Below are positions 1 through 12,705 of a stretch of 64,000 nucleotides of DNA, piece by piece; the stretch's first letter is position 1, and each line of letters starts with the position of its first letter. The position numbers and the translations under genes were made by a program. Source of the DNA: Vicugna vicugna. Taxonomy: Eukaryota. The stretch spans positions 2,579,502 to 2,643,501 of the forward strand of contig MU058059.1 in NCBI GenBank assembly GCA_013265495.1. Reading direction: 5' to 3'. The notes beneath the pieces were generated by a model. That model saw only the letters and a list, made by a program, of their open reading frames with translations, was not told where the DNA came from and did no database searches.

Positions 1-2039
1 TCACAAGAGTCACATGCCAACAAGCTTTCCAAAAAAGAAAAACAAAAGAACAGAAAACATTTTATGTGCACAAGGTACTGGAAGAAGACCAAACATAAAA
101 GATTCTCTCCCTTCTCTGCTAGAAGCAAGCAGTCCTACCAGCAGCTAATTATAGAGGAGAATGAAACTAGGACCGAATCTCAGCCCTCGATGCCGTGTGT
201 GGTGTTGTCGGGCACGTAGTAAAGTAGAAAGGCCTGGGTCGTTGGCTAGGGCACTGATGGATGGACAGTTGCAGACACCCCGAGATGCCCACCGTGGAGA
301 AGGGGCTCAGTGAATCCCCATCAGCTAAGGCAGGTTATCAGGTAGAAGGAAGTAGAACTTGGGGGCCCCGCTTGGTGTCAGTAATGAAGGCCTTCTGTGC
401 TATAACCCCAGTTTATGCTGATTACTGCAGCTCCCATGAATGTCACCTGGCATTAACGACCCACGTATGTGGAGTTTTCTTCTCTCCGAGAACTTTCTGC
501 TCTGGCACACCTGCTTCTGCCCAGCTCCTCCGTTCCTCCCGACGCCCTCCCCCTGGTGCGCCTGCTCCTCTTGCAGTGTTTTCGTCAAATTCTGTACTTG
601 TCCCTGAAGTATTTTAGGTCCTCTCCTCCCCTGCAATCAGACATACTTGTTCATTCCTTTGATGGCGTGGACCGCCATTGGAGGACTGTGTTTAACGCTG
701 GCGTTCAGCCGACTCACACTCCCTGGAAGACTGGTTCCCTTCCTGGTCAGGGTCTGTGTGCTGTGCTGTTTTGGTTCTCCGTGAATGTCTCCATTCACAA
801 TTTAAGACTTAGGTAGAGGAAGGGAAGATGATTTTGGAGCATTTCAGGCACCTGCCTACAAATCAGGAATCATCCAACGTAAGAGGCAGTTGACTGCATC
901 TCGCCTAAGCTAACCCCACGTATGGTGTTGGCATGTCGGTTTGCTTTCTGTTTGGGCATCCCATGAATTCCCTGGGTGCACCCTGGAGCAGCAGTGTTCT
1001 CAGTGGCGGCATCATTAAAATCGCCTTGGCCCTCAGGCAGCGAAAACGTCCAAGTGTGAGCTCAGTTCTAGATGTGCCTTCTGGGACCTTCCCGCTGCTC
1101 TTCCACAGCCTCGCACCTAGGAGGCATTTAGTAAACACGTGCTCAATGAAGGAATGAAAAACTAAATGCCGAAAGGACACGTGGCATGTGGGTATGAGCG
1201 TGGAGCCAGGTGCTCCTCAGAAGTACGGCTCAGGTGACCGGGTGCTCGCTGCACATCAGCTCTGCACGGGTGGTGGAATTCTAGAGTCAAGGTCACCCGT
1301 TCCTAAGGAACTTTTTTATCCCTGGAATTCAGACTCCCAGGTCTCTGGGGGAATCCATGAATTTTCTGACATTTTATGTCCACCGAGACACAACCTGTGT
1401 GCTTGTTAAGGTTTGTTAGGGGTGAGGGAGTGGATGCATTATTTTTAAGAGGGCGTAGTGTATATGTGCATTGTTAATGGGCTGGGGAGAGAGGCTCTGT
1501 GCTTTTTAATGAATTACCAAGGGCTGTGACCGAAAGACAGTTCAGAACCCCGCAAGTCCGAGGCTACAGGTGAGGCCAAGCCCATCAGCCCCAGTGAAAG
1601 AGCAAGCCTTTGATAAAGCATTTGCTTTCTGCTCTGTGGGCTGTGCTGGTGGAGTAAACATCTTCCTCGCCGTGGGATGAGTGTTTACGCCAGTGCCTGC
1701 ACGCACCTGCTCTCCCCGGGAGTCTTTGGGAAAATATACACTGAGTGCCAAATATTTACTGGTCACAGCGGGATCTGAAAGAAGAAAGTATCAGTCACTC
1801 ATCAGAAAGCAGATGCAATTATATGAAGAGTTTCCATTCCTTTGGTGTATTTAAATCATGACTGAAGGCTGCGAAGAGCTCTCACAGCACTCCATGATTT
1901 ATTGCCAATTGGATGGTAGGAACACAGGCAACAGCCACTGGCATTTAGCGGGGCCAGTGGTTGTCGGCACAGGCTTTGGAAGGCTTTATGGACAAGCAGA
2001 CTGGGGCTCCGGCCTGAGACCGAGATGGGCGCTTTTGGG

Positions 2040-3235
2040 GTTCCTGTCGTGAACTCCCAGCAGCACCTTTGAAAGCATTTCCTTCTTGAAACCCTTTTTT
2101 CCTTTGATTTCTGACAGCTGTCTTCCGGCTTTCTTCCTGCACTCCGGTTCTTTTCATTCGCTTCTCCTTCTCTGCCCCATATTAAATATCAGTATTTCCC
2201 CAGTGACGTCATCCCTTCCTGAACCGTAATATCCCAAAGCTGCCCACCCCCAAGTCTCGGCTTCCACCCAGCCCTGTCCTATGCGGTGTCGTACATGGTG
2301 TATCCATGTGACTGTCACACGCATCTCAAATGTGATATGCCCACCACCCAACAGTTAATTCCCCCCCGTTTATTCCGTCCTATTTCCGTGAATAGGGTCA
2401 TCTTTTGCTCAAGCTCAAATCATGGCCCTTATCCTTGATTCTCCCATCTTTCTCCACACCCAGTCTGTCTCTGAGTTCTGTCCATTCTGGCTCTGAAATA
2501 TGCCGATTCTCTTCGTGCATTTCTCCCATCGGGGGCTCACCTGAGTCCACGGCGCTGCCTTCTGTGCCTGTGCCGCAGCCTTACCCACGGCCTCTGCCGC
2601 AGCTCCTAGTGGTCTCCCTCCCACCTGCAGTGGCCCCTGCTAGCAAATCAGCCCTCCACCTGGCAGCCAAGGTGATATTTTTATAAGGGAAATCAGATCA
2701 TTTTATTTTCATACTTAAAGTGTTCAAGACTTCCGGTTGTGTCTCCCCATTTTCTACCTTGGGGTAGGGATTGCTGCGTGATGTGGCCCTGCCCACGTCT
2801 CCAGCCTCCAGGGACCACGCCCACCTCGCTCCCGGGCTGCCCCACCCAGGCCTCCTTTCTGTGCATCAGCCATGCCTAGGACGCTCCTGCCTCATGGCCT
2901 TAGTTTATGTTGTTCTTCCCTCAAACTCCTGGCATGGCTGATTCCTCAAATTCACTGTCTTCTCTTGGGGCAGGGGTTGGGGGGAACCCTTCCCCAGCCA
3001 TTCTAAGTGACTATGTATGTACCCCTCTCCCTCACAATACTCTACCTTAGCACCCTGTTTGTTTCTTCCATGGAACTTAGTGTTTAAAAATTATTAACTT
3101 ACTGGATATCACCCCAGCTCCTCCCTACCCCAGTCCAGATTCTTAGCTCCTTGAGGGCAGGGCTCTGTCTGCCTGCTGACCACAGTGCTTGCAGAGTCAA
3201 AGTGCATCAGTGTTTGAATGGCTTGAATGACTCTG
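2040..3235 (+). mobile_element. L2 LINE remnant (3' ~1.2 kb)
   Basis: Degenerate L2 blocks (catctcaaatgtgatatgccc; ccttgattctccc; ctcctagtggtctccct; ccacctggcagccaaggtgatattttt; gctccttgagggcagggctctgtctg...cacagtgcttg...gaatga). Confidence 0.7.
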
Positions 3236-3589
3236 AATTCATGGAGGAAACGGAACAGAATTAACCCATTACGTTCCAGGCAAGTGGGAGGTTCATGAGC
3301 AAAAGCAGAGTCAGAAAAGCCCAGTGTTTGGGGGCAGTAAATCTTTATCCCTGACCAGGACAGAAGAAAATAGAATGCCCCTGTGTCAAGGATTCAGAAG
3401 TAAGTTTGGAGAAGAAAGTGTAGACAGGTCTTAAGCATGAAGCTCAGAAATTTAAACTGTGTCCCGTAGCGAATATTCGTGTCCCAGTGAAGTGTTCAGT
3501 AAGGCAGTAAGATGAGCAGGGTTAGCTCAGCCCTGGCGGGAAGTACCAGCCCTCGTTCTGATCATCCTGCATCATGACTGCTGGGCCGT

Positions 3590-3728
3590 GTCTCTCCTTC
3601 CCCACCAGGCTCGTACCTCCTCCTGGGCAAGTACCGTGTCTGAGTCACCACTTGAGACCTCAGCCCCAGGCACAGGGCTTGGCACACAAGAGATGTGCAA
3701 TGAAGATGCTGTGAATGAGTGAATTAAT
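3590..3728 (+). mobile_element. L2 3' end fragment
   Basis: ctcctgggcaagtaccgtgtc...cacagggcttggcacacaagagatgtgcaatgaagatgctgtgaatgagtgaat. Confidence 0.6.
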
Positions 3729-4484
3729 CAACAGTTGTCAAAGCTTAGATCTGCTTTCTCTGAGCCACGCTGTCCTCTGGGGCTATCGGGGGGAGATCAA
3801 AGAAAGCAGCTAAGTGCGCAGCAGTGACGTGGCTGAAGTCCCCTCGACGGCAGCCGGGGCTGGACGTGGTCTTGTCTCTTGACTCGGGGGGGATGCCTGC
3901 TAGAGGGTTAACAGCAGAGACGCTGCCTCTGGTGATGTCATGCACAGCGGTGATTAATATACACAGCAAACATTTTCTTGCCAAAGCTTAGTTGATTCAA
4001 TCTAAATACTCCTTCTGAGAGGGCTCCTTAATTATAATGACATGGTATAAATATAAGAAGAAAGAATGTCAGTTATCACTTCGTATAATAACAGTGTTAG
4101 TGTTCATGCACATAAATTATAAGTAACTTTAACCTACTTAAAAGCAAGGAAAGTGCTCAGTTTTGCAATTTAAAACTTTTGAATATGCCACGTTTAAAAA
4201 TTATGTCATTACAACCAGTAAAAGTTAGTAATCACCACTAAAATGCATGTTCTCGAATAGTTGATGAACTACTTAGAGCGAAATTCTCCACAAAATCATT
4301 TGAAAGGGCACATTTAAAGACACCTCTGTTACATTTATTTTCACACAGTCCAGACTCACCCAGCATGCTTTGAACACCCTTTATGTGGCAAACATCACGG
4401 AAGCTTCCAGAGCTACACTGTCTGAAATGGCAGCTCCTAGTGACACATGGCAACTTAAATTTAAATTTTAGTGACTTAAAGTGA

Positions 4485-4770
4485 CTCACAGACATAGAAA
4501 ACAAACTTACGGCTACCAAAGATGGCAGGTGGGTAGGGATAAATTAGGAATTTGGGATGAGACAATACCCCCTACTGTGTATGAAATGGATAAACAGCAA
4601 GGTCCTTCTGTGCACCACAGGAGACTATAATCAATACCTTGTAATAGCCTACCACGGAAAAGAATCTGCAAAAGAATATATATATGTATGTATAACCAAA
4701 TCACTTTGCTGTACACCTGAAAAGTACACAGCAGTATAAATCGACCATACTTCAATTAAAATAATAATAA
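4485..4770 (+). mobile_element. 5'-truncated L1 3' end (Laurasiatherian/cetartiodactyl type)
   Basis: Recognised L1 3'UTR blocks (cacagacatagaaaacaaacttacggctaccaaag; ggataaacagcaaggtcct; tcactttgctgtacacctgaaa) ending in AATAAA. Possible 7-bp TSD aaagtga at 4478-4484 and 4770-4776. Confidence 0.85.
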
Positions 4771-5500
4771 AAGTGAAATAAAACATTCCATTCCTCAGTC
4801 TCCCCAGCCACATTTTGAGCGCCCTGCAGCCGCTTGTGGCTGGTGGCTTCCGCACTGAACAGCGCAGAGTAGGACATCCCCATCGTGACGACAAGTTCTG
4901 CCGGGCAGCATCGCTCTACAGAGAAGAGCAGACAGGACACGTCAGAGACACCGCCGTCACAGCGTCAGGAGCCGCTGACGCGTGTCTCGGATTTATTTTT
5001 GGAGCAGATGTCTTTGCCCTCATTGATGACAACACTTTAAAGTGCCCTTGTTCCCAGTGGACAATAATCTGTTCAGTGCAGAATCAGGCCCTGGCCCCTG
5101 GGTGAGAGACAAGCCCCCCCACCCCATCGCCGGGTCCTTATCTGTTGGAGCTACTTGTGTGTTGTGTTATTTTGTTTTAAGCCGGCTATAAAGTAGTTTT
5201 CCAACATGACATTTTGAAAGCAAACAACTCTGAGGTGTTAGCTTAAACCTGAACTCGTTCTTTATGTTCTAATCTACTGGCTTTCAGATCCTCTGTCTAT
5301 AAAAGTAATAACTCACAGCAGTTTTGGCTGAGTTCCTGTGCCCCTTCACTGGATCCAGGGTTTGAAGAGTCTAAGTGGGCTGGGGAGTCCATCTGAAAGT
5401 GCCTGACAGCGCGTACATCAGAGGCATCTCTTTATTGGATGAAGATGCAGTTGTGGTCCATCTGCTCCAGATGTTTTATCACAGTCTTCCTCTCTTACAG

Positions 5501-5702
5501 ATCACCTACAAAGCCGTCAGTTCCTTTGACCCAGAAATAGATTTATCCAATCAAAGCGGAAGAGTTTCAAAACTGGGAAATGAAACCCACTTTCTCTTTT
5601 TTGGACTGTATCCGGGAACCACGTACTCCTTCACCATCCGAGCCAGCACAGCTAAAGGCTTTGGACCTCCAGCAACAAGTCAGTTCACCACCAAAATATC
5701 AG
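5501..5702 (+). CDS. PTPRM: PTPRM internal coding exon (FNIII region; probably exon 10)
   Basis: Acceptor tcttcctctcttacAG|ATC, donor TCAG|GTatta. 202 nt, phase 0 to 1. Translates [67 protein letters not shown], recognised as PTP-mu FNIII sequence ([13 protein letters not shown] motif). Sequons NQS and NET. Confidence 0.97.
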
Positions 5703-7779
5703 GTATTACACACTCACGGGCTATGCCTTTTACCAGAAGTAGCATTTTGGTACTTTTTCATTCCCATGGTCAAGTATGCAAAGCTCACCCCAGCGTACAC
5801 ATCAGTTAATATTTTGGGGTAGATGATAATCAGGCTCATGGAATTCAGTGAAATACTACAAAGATTTATAATGTGGGAGCTTAAGATCATCGTCCAGTGT
5901 TGGGAAGTAGGCACTGTTGGAACAGTGTGCATGGGAGGACTTGGACGTAAGTGGACGATTCTGTGCTGAGACTCTTACCCCTGGCAGTCCCAAGTTCCCA
6001 GCACAGCAGTGTTAGAAAAGTCTCTGTAACGAGCCACGAACGATGGAGTGCTCGCTGAGCAGAGAGACGGCCTTCTGTGAAGTCCCTTCCGGAAGGCTCG
6101 GCCATCCATGGGACCTTCACCGTTAGAGGTTTCACGTCCAGGAGAGAGAGGCCACTGCAGAGGGAGCTGGCCACCAGGCCCTTGAGTCCTCCAGCTTCTT
6201 TCTCATAGAGACACAATTATGTCATCCAACAAAAGACATAATTTGGGAAATATTTCTGGTCCTGTGCAACTGTGCAGAAAATGCCTTTTGCTTCAGACTA
6301 GAGGAAATGGAGTTGCCATCTGGCGTGGGATGTGTCCCAGCAATAAACACAATTCCACCGACATTTTCCTGTTCCATTTCCCCCACCTCTGGCTCTGAGC
6401 AGGGAAGTCGTTGAGCTGGGGCTTCGACTGTTTCGGTCGGGGGTGGGTGAACAGGAGGCGGGTGAGGGAGGGAGGTCTTCTTATGCTTCAGGGTGAGCTA
6501 AGTAATATTCAGCCGGATTTTTATGTCTGTTGTCCCTCTTCCCTAGTTTTGTGAAAGTTTTCTTTAGAATTGAAGGAAGGGAAGCTTGGCTAGAGTGCTG
6601 TAAGCCTTCTGCTGGGGTTTGAGGGAGGGAGGTTTGGAGTTTTGCTTTTCTTTGTGTAAGGTTTTATTTATGAGCACAAACTTACCTTGAAATGTACTAT
6701 ACACTCCGTGTTTGATCAAAGCATTAACTTAGAAAAGCAATCTGGGGAGTGGGAGATGAGGAAGGCGCACCTGGGAGGTCAGGGTGGCTCAGGTCGCACA
6801 GACAACGAACAGGAAACCTCTGGGCCCAGAGTCGGAAAACATGGGGTTTAGGTACCATTTTTCCAGGTACTTCCCTTCGTATCTTGTTCCAGTGAATTTA
6901 TGCCTGGATGTAAATTAAGATAATATTATCTGATGTATGGCTTTATCCTGAGATTTAGAGAGGAACTGTGTGGCAGTCACCGATACCTCCAAGCCCCCGT
7001 TTTTTGGTAATTTCTTCCTATGGAAACCACGTTTCAAAGGTTATTAACTCTAAGAAGCTGTTCGTTTAGGAAAAAAGTAGTTCATTTTTTTTCCATTTGT
7101 GTTTGATGAAAATTCTGGCTGATACGCATCTGGCCACTTAGCCCACCGAGTTCAGCAGTTCTCTCCAGAAGCAAAGATGGTGGGCATTTTAAATGGCCCA
7201 CCAGGCTCATCCAGAATCACTATCTGATTTTGATCGTTCAAGAAAATTACAGTTTATGGCCCCCTATTTTCTACTTTCATGGACCTCAGAGAACTACTCT
7301 CTGTACAGAATGTAATTCTGTATTACGAATTGAAGTTAATTCTTAATAGAATTAGAGTTAATTTTCAATGCTGAGAAAATCTAATAAATGGACCTAAGAT
7401 AGAACCCATGTCCTTTACATAAAAACCTTTTATATGTAGGAGATTTAAAACACCGTATTTGGGAAAAAAGATCCCTAGCGTTCTCATCGGGTACCTATCT
7501 ATATGCGAGGGTCTGAAAGAGACGAGGTCCCCCCTCCCACACACTTACCACAGCCTTCAGGAAATGAGGGCTCTTGTCCACCGTGATGACAAAATTACTG
7601 AAGAACTCTCTGTCTTCTCGTAATGAGACCTAACAACCCAGAAAACAGAGAATGCCAGGAAACGGCCTTGGAAGTAGAGTTCACCCTGGAAAGAGGACTG
7701 ATATTTATAGAATTGTATTTGCCTGGCTTTCTTTTTCTGTTACCTCTTTGAATTCCCATAAGTGTCCTGGAGGGTAATT

Positions 7780-7885
7780 TCTCCTGTTTTGAAAGGTGAA
7801 TAAACTGAAGCTTCAGAGATAATGTACCTAAGCTCTCATGCTAGTTGAAACAAAACAGCAGAAAGTCAAACCCAAGCCTTTCTTA
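7780..7885 (-). mobile_element. MIR fragment
   Basis: ctcctgttttgaaaggtgaataaactgaagcttcagaga...acctaagctctcatgctag...aaacccaagcct. Confidence 0.55.
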
Positions 7886-8084
7886 ATTCAACTCAGAATC
7901 TTTTCCATGGCCATGCTTTCCCAGAGAGCCCGCAAGTGGTCAGTAATTCCAGCCAGCCTCTCTGGCTCCTAACGTCCTCTTCAAATCTCTGGATGGATCT
8001 CTGATACACCAGAAACCTTGGCTTAGATGAGAGAACTGTGATGTTCAGTTTTATGATCCTAGTAATTATTTCTTAAATTTACCA

Positions 8085-8260
8085 TCAATTTTTTTTAAGA
8101 AAAGCGTATGTAAAGAAAAACACAGGATTTATAAACATACAGCTGGGTGAGTTTTCACAAGCTGGTTACATCCATTGAACGAGAATCCGAACTGAGCAGC
8201 AGAATCACTAACACCTCCTAAGACCCCTGCATGCTCCCTGCCAGCTTGCCCTCAGCATCA
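8085..8260 (-). mobile_element. Old L1M (MC/ME-like) 3' fragment
   Basis: T-tract followed by degenerate aaacatacagc...gagttttcacaa...cagaatcactaacacctcctaagacccctgcatgctccct, typical of antisense old L1 3' ends. Confidence 0.55.
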
Positions 8261-8461
8261 TGAAGGCGGCCGCTGCTGGCTTCAGCAGCTGGCCTCCGTG
8301 TTCTGGGTCTGGTAGACACAGGGAAGCTGTGCCTGGCGGGTTCGTGTCTGTAGTTGAAACTAAGTGCGCCGTGTTCTCGATGCTCTTTGTCAATGGAAGT
8401 AGAAAGAAAACGGAAAGGTAAACCGGAAATAACGAGTGTCCCATCTCTGCACCGTCCCCAG

Positions 8462-8564
8462 CGCCCTCCATGCCGGCATACGAACTGGAGACCCCTCTGA
8501 ATCAAACCGACAACACGGTCACGGTCCTGCTGAAGCCTGCCCACAGCCGAGGCGCACCTGTCAG
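8462..8564 (+). CDS. PTPRM: PTPRM internal coding exon (start of 4th FNIII domain; probably exon 11)
   Basis: Acceptor ccgtccccAG|CG, donor TCAG|GTaacc. 103 nt, phase 1 to 2. (A)[33 protein letters not shown](S) continues the previous exon in frame. Not in the ORF track. Confidence 0.96.
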
Positions 8565-11500
8565 GTAACCAGCCGAGGAGGGATGGTTTTAGGTGAAAAC
8601 TGAACTCAACCTGGTTAACTTCTCAAAGCATGTGCTTTCTAGGGATTTGCCACAAACCTTGGTCAGCATGTAAACCCATATACGTATTAGCTCTCTTTGA
8701 AAGAAGGGACTGAGGACAAGGAGAGAGGGCTTTGATGTGTAGTGATCAAGTATTGTGTGAGGAGTTGGATTCTGATGCAAAGTGTTGTTCCTTAAAGATA
8801 ATGAACAGGAACCCCAGTCTGTTTGGAGGTGACTTTACTCCTAAAAGGTAAATGTTTGCTGGAATTTAGCTACCCATGTGCAAATGGCATTGGCATCCTG
8901 AGGCCTGTCTTTTAAATGGACCTTTGTGGGGTGTTTTTGTTTGTTTTGTCCACATGGAGTTTTAAGCCCTTAACCTTCAGTAAACTGGCTAATTTATCAC
9001 TTGAATATGTAGTGCGTAGCTGTCTTTTTAAAAAGAAACAGGTGATTGGAGAGACCACTGTGAAGTCTTTATTTGAACAGATTTCAGATTATTACCACCT
9101 TGTAGGGCCCACTCCTCAGTCCATGATGATTTATATAGCTAAGAAACTACAAAGTGTAACTTTCACAGCGAATGAATAAAATAAATTTATTCTTCCCAAG
9201 AAGAAGCAAAGGTTTGCCTGAACGACTCCTGACGATGAACTTGGCATAAGCTCATTATCTACATAAATGAAATTTCTGCTTATTGCAGAGGGATTTGGAT
9301 CCTTTGTACTATCAGAACAGATTCCCTTCAAAATAATCTATTACTTCAAATAGTGCTCTCCAAGGAAACATTTACATTCACATTTAAGGCTGTCTGGGGT
9401 TTGTTTCCCTGTTCCTTTTGTAGAATTTTATTTCATTAACCTTTTGAAACCTGGTTCTGTTTGATCACGTTTTCATTGCAGTATCAAAGGGTGACCATTT
9501 GGACTTTGTTCTGCCTGAGAAGATATACACATATTTCAGGTCACAGGCTCCAGATTAAAAAACAGACAAGCCTCAGTTAATAAAGAATTCAAATTAAGGT
9601 GATATCACGAAAAATTTTATTTGAAGACCTACAGAAGGTCATGAAACAGTTTTAGTTCACCCTGTTCTGCAGGTCAGCAGACCAGCCCATGTCAGGACTT
9701 AGGGTTGCCAGTCGGAGGTGCAGCCAGTAAGAAGACTCTGACATACGTAAAAACTCTGTTCCAAGTGTCAGATGCTATTTCTTCGAGAAAAGTGATGCCT
9801 CTGACACTGCGCAGGCCCTTCAGGATGGTCTGTGTGGTTCTGAGGGGTTGTGCTAGCTGAACAACGCCAGGCACATCCCCCTTAGATGGGCGTCCAAGAC
9901 CCGAGTGCACCTACAGCTGTGGGTCAGACTTTTTTCACTCCAGAAAGCTGAACCATTATTGAATGAAAACTGACACTCTGACCATGGCCTCGAGAGCATC
10001 TTTTTTTTTTTCAGATCAATTTAACAGTTGTCCAGACTCAGCAGTAGCCGACCATTAGAACAAGAGTCAGTGTTCTACTGCAGAACGTCATGATAGAGTG
10101 AGGGGCTAGAGATTGCTCACACTCAGTGCTTCCAAACTGAAGGAAGCAGGAACCCTAACCATTGCTCCAGTGTTCTTCTCTATTCTTATAAAACCTCCTT
10201 TTCACAGTTACTACTCTTGTTGCTTCTTTGCTTCAGACCCTTCCAGTCACACTTCCATCCACATTTTTGTCTAGATCTTTCCAAGCCTCAGTTTCCGAAT
10301 AGTGTTTCTTTGGGCAGTCCACGTTAGCCCCTCCCCCAGTTCCCCTTTCCCGAGCCTTTTATAGTGTCACTGGAGTCCCAAAGTACCATTCACACTTCCC
10401 GTCATCTGCTTTTCTAAGACACTATTTTGTTGTCTTCTTTTATGCTTTTCTAGTCATGTTTGGAGACTTTGCAGCCTTACTGCTTAGTTAGTTGCAGACA
10501 TCCTCAGGCTTTTGATTCTCGCATCTATGAAAGTACAGATTCAGACGCTGGTCAGAGTGTTCAAACACAGGTCTCACATCAGAGTGTCACCAGCCCACTC
10601 TCTGACTCTGCGAGGATTTCTGTTTGTCTTGTCACACCCTCTCTCATACTTGTCATGTGCCCAGTTTTCCAAGTCCAGCACTGCCTTGCTTTTATTCAGC
10701 CTCATCTTGCTATTAAGTAAGTGCTCCTGGCATTTTCCAGGGTCGTTTTGCATCCTGCCTCTGTTATGCCTCCTTCCACAATGTTAGCATCTTGAGATGA
10801 ACAAGTTTACTGTCTGTGTCCATCATCGAAATCTCAGGTGCTGGAGTCATGGACAGTTCTCGGGGCACACAATTCAGTAAGCGTCACAGGGAAGTCCACT
10901 GCAGGCGCCACCATTACTGGAAGGATGCTTGTCTTACTTAACTGGCTGAATTTTTTTGGCACAAATTTGAGAGAGGAAATTATCTCAAACTCACCTGTCA
11001 AAAATATTTTTTGCAGAAAAGTGAATATTCTTTTCAAGAGATTCATTATCATAGTACAGCATAATGGGACTGATTATCCATTGAGTAGATGGAAGACCGA
11101 TATATCTAAAAAGACGAGTTTGGAAAAAAAAAAAAAGGTCCATAATACTCTCAATCTAAATGGGGTATATGAAAATTTTCAATTTCATTTAATGTTTAGA
11201 GAAATAAGAACTCTGATTAGGGAATCATAGGGACCTAAAATATAAAGCCATAATGTAGATTGAAACATTTGAACACATCTGGAAATTTGCAAAATGCACA
11301 TGTAATCAAACTGCAATACAAGAAAGCTTTTCCCAAGTGATAAGATAAATAGCAGAAGAGGAAATGGAAGTGAACATCTGTTTGCTTTCCTGGATTTTGC
11401 GCAGTATTATGTGTTCAAAAAAGACTGTCATCGTGTGATTTCCAAAACCCGTTCTTTCCACTGATTTGATTTTTCTTTAATCCGTAGTCATTGTTGTTGA

Positions 11501-12569
11501 GTATTTAGTCACACTTCACTTGTGCACTTCACTAAGGAAGGTGGTGGTATATTGATTCCACTAGAAACACTCAGCTTGGTTACTGTAGATTCTGGAAATT
11601 GCACTAAACTCTCAGTGTAAATGATTGTTGTCTTTTTATTGATCAGCAGATCAGCTCTGTCACATAAAAGTATTTAAATCCTGAGATGGCCAGGAAGAAC
11701 ACAAATTCCATCATTCCAGCCAGCGAACTAGCACCTAGGACAGAATTATAATGTTTGTTCTTGGATTCAATTTTTTTTCCTTAATAAAAGCTTAATTTTC
11801 TTTTACTCATTTAGAATCATCTCCTTTCTCTCTCTTCCCCTCCCTGCTGTTCATTACCTGCCGACACAGTCGCACAGAGAAACCGCTTGTACGTGGCAGT
11901 GGAAGAGCCGTTCTGAATAAGGAGTGAATTTAACACAAACACTTGTGCTTTTCTTCCACTAGCAAGCATTCTGTCTGATTCTCCCTTTGTGGTGTATGGA
12001 TTTGTATATAGTCTGAAGTGTGCAACACCCCTGGGTAGTGATGTTTTATGTCTTCCAATGGCCTGTAGCTTGAGACTCAGTTGCCCTTTTGTCATTTTCC
12101 TCTTTAGGCATTGCTGCTCCGATGTGCTTGTAAACGTTCTGGAGCCCTATGTCTTCTTAATTAAAACTCAGTGCTTGAATATGTCAACTAATTAAACATT
12201 TTCATATTCATTTCAGTGAAATGTTCAATGATTACCCAATCGTTCTTTGATTCATTCATTCAGGAGAAACTGTTGGGTGGGGAAAACATCTATTACAGTT
12301 GTGTGTCCACAGGGATGGGAGGAGGGCGATAATCACATCAAGAACCAAGACGTTGAAACCGGTGCTCGAGCCTGTGAATGCAGTTCTAATTCACGCCACC
12401 CACTTTGCTCTCTTAGTGGAGCGGTGGCCCCAGTTACTTTAATGCTGTTGTGGGGGGAGCTTACTCAGTGGTTGTCTTCTCAGTTGATTATGCCCTGGAC
12501 CGTTACGTTTATTTTATTTTACGTTTATCTTTATTATTTTAAGAAGACCCTTTCCCTATTCCCTGATTC

Positions 12570-12705
12570 TATTTAATTTTCATTTATTTTTTAATTTTGG
12601 GGGGAGAGATAATTTGATTGGTTGGTTTAATGGAGGTGCTGTGGATGGAACGCAGCACTGCGTGCATGCTAAGCACACGCTCTACCACGCAGCTGTACCC
12701 TCGCC
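12570..12705 (-). mobile_element. tRNA-Ala-derived camelid SINE (Vic-1 type), diverged
   Basis: Reverse complement reads GGCGAGGGTACAGCTGCGTGGTAGAGCGTGTGCTTAGCATGCACGCAGTGCTGCGTTCCATCCACAGCACCTCCATTAAAC followed by an A-rich tail. The tRNA-Ala(AGC)-like head has degenerate A/B boxes. Confidence 0.85.

Noticed and set aside
1220-1260. GTGCTCGCT...GCACAT resembling the U6 snRNA 5' end
   Set aside because: Only ~15 discontinuous bases match and there is no downstream U6 sequence.
5375-5809. 144-aa ORF as a complete gene
   Set aside because: Only 5501-5702 is PTPRM exon; the flanks are intron read-through beyond clear splice sites.
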